This document shows, one piece after another, positions 58,002 through 64,000 of a DNA stretch of 64,000 nt (the stretch's first letter is position 1; every line of letters starts with the position of its first letter). Source of the DNA: a virus. The DNA is taken from positions 9,614 through 73,613 of the IMG/VR virus record IMGVR_UViG_3300021368_000005. One strand, 5' to 3'. The notes under the pieces are model-generated. The model was not told where the DNA came from. It ran no database searches and saw nothing but the letters and a program-made list of their open reading frames with translations. The position numbers were made by a program, and so were the translations under genes.

Positions 58002-59188
58002 AATAAAGTTGTTTTTGTTTTGTTTATAAAATTATATTGACTTAACAGTTTATACTGTTCTAAACTAAATGCGGTATCTTTTATTATAGTATTAAATTTA
58101 CTTTCAGATATATCCGATATCTTCCCATTATCATCTAATAATTTTTTTAATTGCTTTGTTAACTTTACCGATTTATATCTTTTCCAAAATTCAGTATCAT
58201 TTCTATCACATACATAATGATATCTAATAAAACTAAGTGTTGATTTATAAACATTATTCACATAATCATTAAATGCCTTTCTATTTGTAAAGTTTAATTC
58301 TACTATTTTTTTTATTTGCATTAAACAAATCATTATAGATGTTGCTTCGATTGGTTCAAAGAAGTGTGAACTCATTCCAACTACAATAGTATTTCCAACC
58401 CATGTCTTGTTATAATAACCAGATTCAAACTCATAGTATCTCTTAAACTCAACATCACCAAATCTTTCTTTTATTTCAGATTTACATTCATCAATAGTTG
58501 TTAATTTGTTATCATGGAGGTATCCATAATTTTCTCTATCTTGTAATGGTATCTTAAAACACCATCCATTTTTCATTGATGTTGCATCTGTTCTTTGTGG
58601 TTCACCTTTTGGTGTAATCTTCGGTATAGTAAAACTGAGTACTGAATTAACTCTAAGTTCATCTGATGTTGATATCCACTCTTCATTAAATTCTTTACCA
58701 AATGTTATTCTACTAATACCACTACAATCAATTAAGAAATCACAATTATATTCGGCTGATTTTGTCTTAACTTTGTTTATCGTTTCACCATCTCTATCAA
58801 ATCCAACAACATCATCTATTATGTAATTTATTTTATTACTAAATTTATTCTTAAAATAATCACAAGCTTGATTCGTATCAATATGATAAGCGTGTGGATT
58901 ACCTCCATTGATGTTAAAATCATGATTGTATTCAGAATCATCACCAGCCCATCCTTTGAATGTAATTCCAATCTTTTTTGTAGAGTTTATTGAATTAAAA
59001 AAATCATCCCTATCTATATTAACATTATCTAGAAACTGTGTGAAGTTAGGAACAGTTCCTTCTCCAAATCCACTCTTAGGAATAGATGGACTTTCAATTA
59101 GAGTAATGTTATCATTATTAAAATAAGTGTATAGATAAGATGCAGCCATCCAACCAGTATTACCACCAATTATTACAAAATTTCTCAT
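57998..59188 (-). CDS. Flavin-dependent (tryptophan) halogenase-like protein
   Basis: IIGG.TGW, GEGT.P, K.GI.F.GW, AYH, DCSG, GW.F.IPL, F.EPIEATSI, HY...R.DT.FW. Confidence 0.85.
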   Translation of the reverse strand: MRNFVIIGGNTGWMAASYLYTYFNNDNITLIESPSIPKSGFGEGTVPNFTQFLDNVNIDRDDFFNSINSTKKIGITFKGWAGDDSEYNHDFNINGGNPHAYHIDTNQACDYFKNKFSNKINYIIDDVVGFDRDGETINKVKTKSAEYNCDFLIDCSGISRITFGKEFNEEWISTSDELRVNSVLSFTIPKITPKGEPQRTDATSMKNGWCFKIPLQDRENYGYLHDNKLTTIDECKSEIKERFGDVEFKRYYEFESGYYNKTWVGNTIVVGMSSHFFEPIEATSIMICLMQIKKIVELNFTNRKAFNDYVNNVYKSTLSFIRYHYVCDRNDTEFWKRYKSVKLTKQLKKLLDDNGKISDISESKFNTIIKDTAFSLEQYKLLSQYNFINKTKTTLL

Positions 59189-59192
59189 TTTA

Positions 59193-59558
59193 CTAAGATG
59201 GGTCTTTCCAAAATGTTTGTACTAGTATTATTGTAAAACACAATAATAACTGAAGGGCTATTTTAGTTGTAAACTTCTCACCAAAGAAAAGTTGTATCAT
59301 TACAGCATATACAGTCATACCAAGAGCAAATCCAACGAATCTAGCTCCCCATATACTTCCACCATATCCTTCTACATTATATCGTGTTGCTAGTATAAAT
59401 ACATAAGTAAGAGGAATTGCCAAAGCATACCATCCCCAATATGTTTCATCGTATTTAGGATACTTGAACTGTAAGTTATGTTGAAACCATGCTCCCAATT
59501 GAGCAATAATTGTTACTATCGCTCCAGCGAATATATAATACCAATTTAAGTCTTTCAT
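59193..59558 (-). CDS. Four-TM membrane protein (DMT-like)
   Basis: Four hydrophobic helices, FFGEK. Confidence 0.5.
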   Translation of the reverse strand: MKDLNWYYIFAGAIVTIIAQLGAWFQHNLQFKYPKYDETYWGWYALAIPLTYVFILATRYNVEGYGGSIWGARFVGFALGMTVYAVMIQLFFGEKFTTKIALQLLLCFTIILVQTFWKDPS

Positions 59559-59571
59559 GTTTTATTAAGTT

Positions 59572-59784
59572 TTATTTGGGATATAGAAACGTATCTATAT
59601 AATCTAATCTCATGTTTTGTAACCACTCTTTCTGAAAATCCTTATAGTAACCACTATCTAAGATATCCTCTAAACTAGTCCTTGTGGTATAGGAGTATAA
59701 AGACCAACCACCATCTATCTTATCTATCATCTTCTCTATAAAGATAATCTGCAATTCGGTTAGCCAATATTTCTTTTCTTTCAT
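59572..59784 (-). CDS. Hypothetical protein
   Basis: 70-aa ORF. Confidence 0.5.
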   Translation of the reverse strand: MKEKKYWLTELQIIFIEKMIDKIDGGWSLYSYTTRTSLEDILDSGYYKDFQKEWLQNMRLDYIDTFLYPK

Positions 59785-59787
59785 GTT

Positions 59788-60099
59788 TTATAAGTAAGCG
59801 GGTCCGTAGTAGTTCCACTTGTCAGAACCATCGAAGATATTACCTCTACTGTGTTTGGCTGGTGAGTTCCATGAAGCTGGTTTTAGTAAATCTCCTTTAC
59901 ATACCAAAGAACCTTTTACTACACCTTCCCACATAGAAACGAATGCCCATACCGAACCTTCATCAATAATCTTCATATATTTCTGTCCCTTTTTAACTGT
60001 AAGGGGAGTATAAGGTTTATGAGAATAATTTGTATCCCAATGTTGTTTTCTTTTTTGATTAACCTCAGTTAACCACATTTCAAATTTTGTATTACCCAT
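59788..60099 (-). CDS. Conserved phage early protein
   Basis: G.KY.KI...SVWAFV...GDLLKPASW..PAKH.RGNI motif, familiar from large phages. Confidence 0.6.
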   Translation of the reverse strand: MGNTKFEMWLTEVNQKRKQHWDTNYSHKPYTPLTVKKGQKYMKIIDEGSVWAFVSMWEGVVKGSLVCKGDLLKPASWNSPAKHSRGNIFDGSDKWNYYGPAYL

Positions 60100-60290
60100 A
60101 GTTAGTTTATTAAAATTGTATTAAATCAATTGCCATTTCACCAGTAGGATTACCGTCTTTAGTGATTTCATAATTAGGGTCTGAACCACTTATCATAACA
60201 TGATTGATTAACTCACCAATCGTGTTAAAGGTTTCAGTAAAATAAGAACAATCTAATGAATACATAGTTTAAGTTTTAAGTGTTATTAAT

Positions 60291-60351
60291 TATTTACATA
60301 GTAAATATACGAAAAATAAACGAGATTTCCAAGCAAAAAGTGAATTATTTT
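60291..60351 (-). repeat. Early promoter repeat
   Basis: Palindrome plus TTGG-N17-CGTATATTTA plus 23 bp shared with the 45.3-kb copy. Confidence 0.8.
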
Positions 60352-60352
60352 A

Positions 60353-61255
60353 CTACAATAAACCTCCCTTGGATGAGGTAAATGTGTTTGATATTCCAAT
60401 TTCTTCCATTAGAATTTTTACAACTGTATCGGTTGATTCTTGAAATACATCATATGAACTTAAATGAAGATAATCATATTTGTTTAACTGTTCTATTGTT
60501 ACATCTCCCAAGGGTATTAAATCATTTGATAATCTAACATACCCTCCAAAGAAATCAAAGTTACCCATTTTAGAATATATACCAACATCTATTTTATCTT
60601 TTTTTAGTAAATGATAGAATGTATATTGTTCTAGTAATTGAGAAACTCCAGCTTCTAATATATCTCCAAGTGATTTGGATTTTATAACTTCATTTGATTC
60701 AATAATATCAAGTACCTTTTTCCAATAATAAGAACCAAGTTTGGTGTTTTTTATGTATATGATATTATAGTTTGGAATAAATGAAAAATCATATTCACCA
60801 ATTTGTTCTTTTAGATTAATTCTATCATAAGGTTCTAAGTAAGCCTTTGTTAGAAAATCTATCACAGTTGGTGTAACTCTCTCTTTTAGATTAATCTCAG
60901 GATGAGAAAAAGCAAAAGATTTTTTTGGTTCTGATAACTTATTAATAATTACAGTATCTAAATCTATATGATAGAATGGTTGATTTGGATATCTCTTACA
61001 ATGTTCTAATATACCATATATTTTAGGCATAGGATAAATTACACCATCATACTTTTCTATCTCATCAACAATTATATATTCGTTAATAGGAACTTTGTTT
61101 GATTTGAAAAGCTTTTCAGTATTTGAATCACAATAAAGAATAGTATTATAGAATCGATTCGCATATGAAACAGATAATCTAGCTACATTCCAAAAGTTTG
61201 GACTTAGTTCTTTCTTATTTTGTAATACTCGTTTGTAAGAATATATAACGTTCAT
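60353..61255 (-). CDS. Putative GT-A nucleotide-sugar transferase-like protein
   Basis: LYCD, PKIY, PFYHIDLD (DxD), EQY, YLHL. Confidence 0.5.
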   Translation of the reverse strand: MNVIYSYKRVLQNKKELSPNFWNVARLSVSYANRFYNTILYCDSNTEKLFKSNKVPINEYIIVDEIEKYDGVIYPMPKIYGILEHCKRYPNQPFYHIDLDTVIINKLSEPKKSFAFSHPEINLKERVTPTVIDFLTKAYLEPYDRINLKEQIGEYDFSFIPNYNIIYIKNTKLGSYYWKKVLDIIESNEVIKSKSLGDILEAGVSQLLEQYTFYHLLKKDKIDVGIYSKMGNFDFFGGYVRLSNDLIPLGDVTIEQLNKYDYLHLSSYDVFQESTDTVVKILMEEIGISNTFTSSKGGLL

Positions 61256-61989
61256 TAAATTATTCTTCTTTTATTCAACTGTTTTTTTAGATAGTGTGCC
61301 CAATGTGTATGAGCCCACTCATTATAATGACCACCATTCCATTCAACATTTGGTTTATATTGGCAATAATCCCAATAAGTAGTGTTCTCTATATAATTAT
61401 TTTTATTTATATATTCATATAATTTTTTATCCAAAGGATGATTACCATCCCATAACTTGTTAACCCCATCATCACCTACTCCTGATATTGGAGCTTCCTT
61501 TCTAGTATTTTCCATAACATCAAAAAATATATGTGGTATTCTTAAACTATCAAGTAACGCTGAACATCTTATATGTGTTCTATATTTTTGTGCCAATAAA
61601 TCTTCGGATAGTAATTGTGGAAGTAATTGTTTGTATCTATCTCTATTCTGTCTATCCCATTCAGGATTTTCCCAAGATGAATGTAAGCTATATTGGTAAT
61701 CACCATTATCATCGAATCCATCACAAACTTCCATTCTGCCTAAACAAGTCCATCCAATAGTAACTAAATCTGGCTTAGGGTTAGTTGATAAGTAATCAAC
61801 CAAACCTCGTTCTACATACATAATACTGGCTCCACTTATTCCCCAATTATCTACCTTATCATATTCCAATAAACCTCTAAGTTTATTTGGGAAAGCAAAT
61901 TTTTTATTTTCTTCATCATACAACTTACCTGCTCCTAATATCTCTGCACCAAATGTATGTGAATCTCCTATGGAAAATAGTGTTTTCAT
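61255..61989 (-). CDS. SGNH/GDSL-like hydrolase or acyltransferase
   Basis: IGDSHTFG, N.GISGAS, IGWT..GR.E, GH....H..WA. Confidence 0.7.
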   Translation of the reverse strand: MKTLFSIGDSHTFGAEILGAGKLYDEENKKFAFPNKLRGLLEYDKVDNWGISGASIMYVERGLVDYLSTNPKPDLVTIGWTCLGRMEVCDGFDDNGDYQYSLHSSWENPEWDRQNRDRYKQLLPQLLSEDLLAQKYRTHIRCSALLDSLRIPHIFFDVMENTRKEAPISGVGDDGVNKLWDGNHPLDKKLYEYINKNNYIENTTYWDYCQYKPNVEWNGGHYNEWAHTHWAHYLKKQLNKRRII

Positions 61990-62612
61990 AATAGTGTAAT
62001 TTTTTTCTTCAAAGGTAATTTATGAAAACATACGTTTCCTGCAAGTACTATTCTATCTATATCCGAATCTTTTGCATCAAGAGGTGAATGTGGAACATCA
62101 CCATCTAATATTATTAATTGACCTTCCTCTGGCAATATACCCATTTCATTACCTTGGTCATCTTTCATAAACAACTTACCATCATCCCCTTTTAAGTTGT
62201 TCGGCATCTGAATATAAAATATAAATGTGAAATCGGGTTTTGGTTCTCCGAAATCTTTTGCCTTTTTGGTATGTGTGTGATAAATCAACGAACCATTGGC
62301 GTTTCGTATTCTCTGTTTTGGTTTAGATGCATTTATTATATTAATCCAAGCCGAAGAAGAAATGTATTCATAATCTTCTTTATATATTTCTTTACAGGTA
62401 TCAATCCCCATAAGTACGAGGTCTCCTATTCTTCCTATTCGTTTTTCTTTAATCCATTCTTCAGATTGTGAACCTTCCCAAATACCATGTCCGTCCGCTA
62501 CATCGTTAACCTTGTGTGATATCTCATACGAGGTTGTAACTATTTCTTTTATATGTTTGATATCCCATTCATATAAATAATAACTTATAGTATCACTTAG
62601 GTTTACTTTCAT
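61986..62612 (-). CDS. 2OG-Fe(II) oxygenase-like protein
   Basis: AWIN, H.H, FIFYIQMP, G.L, P.EG..I....PHS.......RIVLAGN. Confidence 0.7.
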   Translation of the reverse strand: MKVNLSDTISYYLYEWDIKHIKEIVTTSYEISHKVNDVADGHGIWEGSQSEEWIKEKRIGRIGDLVLMGIDTCKEIYKEDYEYISSSAWINIINASKPKQRIRNANGSLIYHTHTKKAKDFGEPKPDFTFIFYIQMPNNLKGDDGKLFMKDDQGNEMGILPEEGQLIILDGDVPHSPLDAKDSDIDRIVLAGNVCFHKLPLKKKITLL

Positions 62613-63046
62613 TCAAATAAGTTTTTAGTATCACTCTTATTAACAAAGTTTTCTAAGTTGGCATAACACTTGAGACATTCCCATATTCTTTCACAATCTT
62701 CATAGTTCTCTTTATCTTCATTATGTTGTAACATCAACTTAATCCAATCATCACCCCAACCATCAACAATCCAAGCTTTCATTTCTTTGATGTTATATTC
62801 CGAAGGATTATCCATTCCCATGATATGAGTCCATTCACCATCCTCGATTCCATTTATTACTGCAATAAATTGTGTGGTTAAGTCATCCAAATCATCTTGT
62901 TGGGGTTTCCCAAAGAGAGTAGTGAATTGTTCTACATTGAGTGGCATGGAATTACCTCGTTTGAGAGTTTGTTTCAGAAGAGCCATATCTATCTCTCTTT
63001 TTCTCTCATTTAAGAATTCTTCACCTTCATCAAAATCTTCGTTCAT
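62609..63046 (-). CDS. Acidic hypothetical protein with ENYEDC (UVR-like) motif
   Basis: NEDKENYEDCERI. Confidence 0.5.
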   Translation of the reverse strand: MNEDFDEGEEFLNERKREIDMALLKQTLKRGNSMPLNVEQFTTLFGKPQQDDLDDLTTQFIAVINGIEDGEWTHIMGMDNPSEYNIKEMKAWIVDGWGDDWIKLMLQHNEDKENYEDCERIWECLKCYANLENFVNKSDTKNLFE

Positions 63047-63246
63047 ATTGTTAATAACTTTATTTTATAATTTTTATTTTTTTGTATAGTTATGCGCACT
63101 ACCAGACAAACTTAAAAGAAAAATAATAACCTATAACTTAAATAGTATAAGCACTAAGGAAGTGTCGGTTTTTCAAAAAATTTTTGGTCGTTCCTAAAAA
63201 GAATTTTTGTCGATTCATTTTTTCCCTTTCTTTTTTATTGATAGTA

Positions 63247-63414
63247 TTACCATTTTCTCAGTATATTCCATACTATGAATGCATTTGTAATTACAGCTTG
63301 TAATACAATAACAGTCCTCCATATCGCTACCCAATCCGCACTTCTATTATCCTCACCTACCTTTTCTCCTAAGGCACGAGCCCAATACTTCCACCACCTT
63401 CTTATAGTACCCAT
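63247..63414 (-). CDS. Small membrane protein
   Basis: MGTIRRWWKYWARALGEKVG...AD.VA..RT.I...ITN..IV; start reassigned to the ATG at 63414. Confidence 0.55.
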   Translation of the reverse strand: MGTIRRWWKYWARALGEKVGEDNRSADWVAIWRTVIVLQAVITNAFIVWNILRKW

Positions 63415-63917
63415 AACCCACCGATTATAACGATGAAGGCTAGAATCTCGGCCCAAAAAATTAAAGTACCTCCTTTGTAATCTAGTTGGGTACTTAATAA
63501 GAGTGAGCCTCCTAACCATAGAGGAAGGGGTAACCATATACCATTAAGGAGTAATCCTACAAGAGAACATACGATACCTAGAACGGCTCCTATATAATGT
63601 ATGTCTCTCTTAATGGATATCCCCTTGAATTGTGTCTGTGTTCCTACCCAAAAGAATCCCATACCTGCTGGAAAGAATAAGAATGAACTTGGGTAGTGTA
63701 ATATTGTTCCTATACCGAGAAAGAAAGTGAATACACTAAATAGTATCTCTTCGTTACGTTCTTTCTTCTTAAGTATATAGTATGAATCTGATATACTATG
63801 GGGAACTATCCATTTGTTTCTCCATAAGATATATAGTGTGTATATAGGGAATACTATTGTTAAAGATAGTAATCCATAATATTGTCCTAATACTTGTATA
63901 AATGTTTCTTGTATCAT
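63402..63917 (-). CDS. Multi-TM membrane protein
   Basis: About six hydrophobic segments, P.SISDSYY. Confidence 0.55.
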   Translation of the reverse strand: MIQETFIQVLGQYYGLLSLTIVFPIYTLYILWRNKWIVPHSISDSYYILKKKERNEEILFSVFTFFLGIGTILHYPSSFLFFPAGMGFFWVGTQTQFKGISIKRDIHYIGAVLGIVCSLVGLLLNGIWLPLPLWLGGSLLLSTQLDYKGGTLIFWAEILAFIVIIGGLWVL

Positions 63918-64000
63918 ATGATTGTCTCCGTTCTTAATTATTATAGTTACCGAAAATTATATCCTTCTTTTGCTTTATCTTTTAGAAACTCCATCCTTAG

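Noticed and set aside
63047-63246. 200-bp intergenic stretch as an ncRNA or origin
   Set aside because: A/T-tract rich, but I could not identify a stable structure, iterons or a known RNA motif.

Overview
A 64-kb, AT-rich segment of a large lytic tailed (myo-type, T4-like module) bacteriophage genome, most probably infecting Bacteroidota. The host call rests on ten copies of a TTG-N17-CGTAnnTTT(A/G) host-type promoter, mostly SD-less translation starts, and lipoproteins with acidic residues after the Cys. Every credible gene is on the minus strand. In window order it holds: a methyltransferase fragment; a fused Mre11/Rad50 (SbcD-SbcC, gp47-gp46) nuclease-ATPase; primase; a GIY-YIG nuclease; a ~19-kb tail/baseplate cluster (gp6- and gp25-like wedge proteins, spike, a large LamG-like protein, a BACON/Hint-domain protein); a gp55-like late sigma factor; and ~35 kb of auxiliary genes. 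The auxiliary genes include def, metK, thyA, SET domain, SF2 helicase, UV endonuclease, Hsp20, DNA methylase, phoH, dCMP deaminase, peroxiredoxin/thioredoxin, four tRNAs, and a large dispersed set of tailoring enzymes (sulfotransferases, glycosyltransferases, carbamoyltransferase, 2OG-Fe(II) oxygenases, flavin halogenase, radical SAM, GNAT, SGNH). The most novel-looking signals are four. (1) Unrelated tailoring enzymes carry a shared short C-terminal tail K-x(1-3)-[ST]-[LIM]-[LI]-stop. (2) [ST]GS motifs are strongly enriched in virion proteins, suggesting a virion-modification system. (3) A Gly-rich-linker/Hint autoprocessing module caps a tail protein. (4) An early-promoter palindrome shows a compensatory base change. 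All function calls are from motif recognition by eye; no database searches were run.
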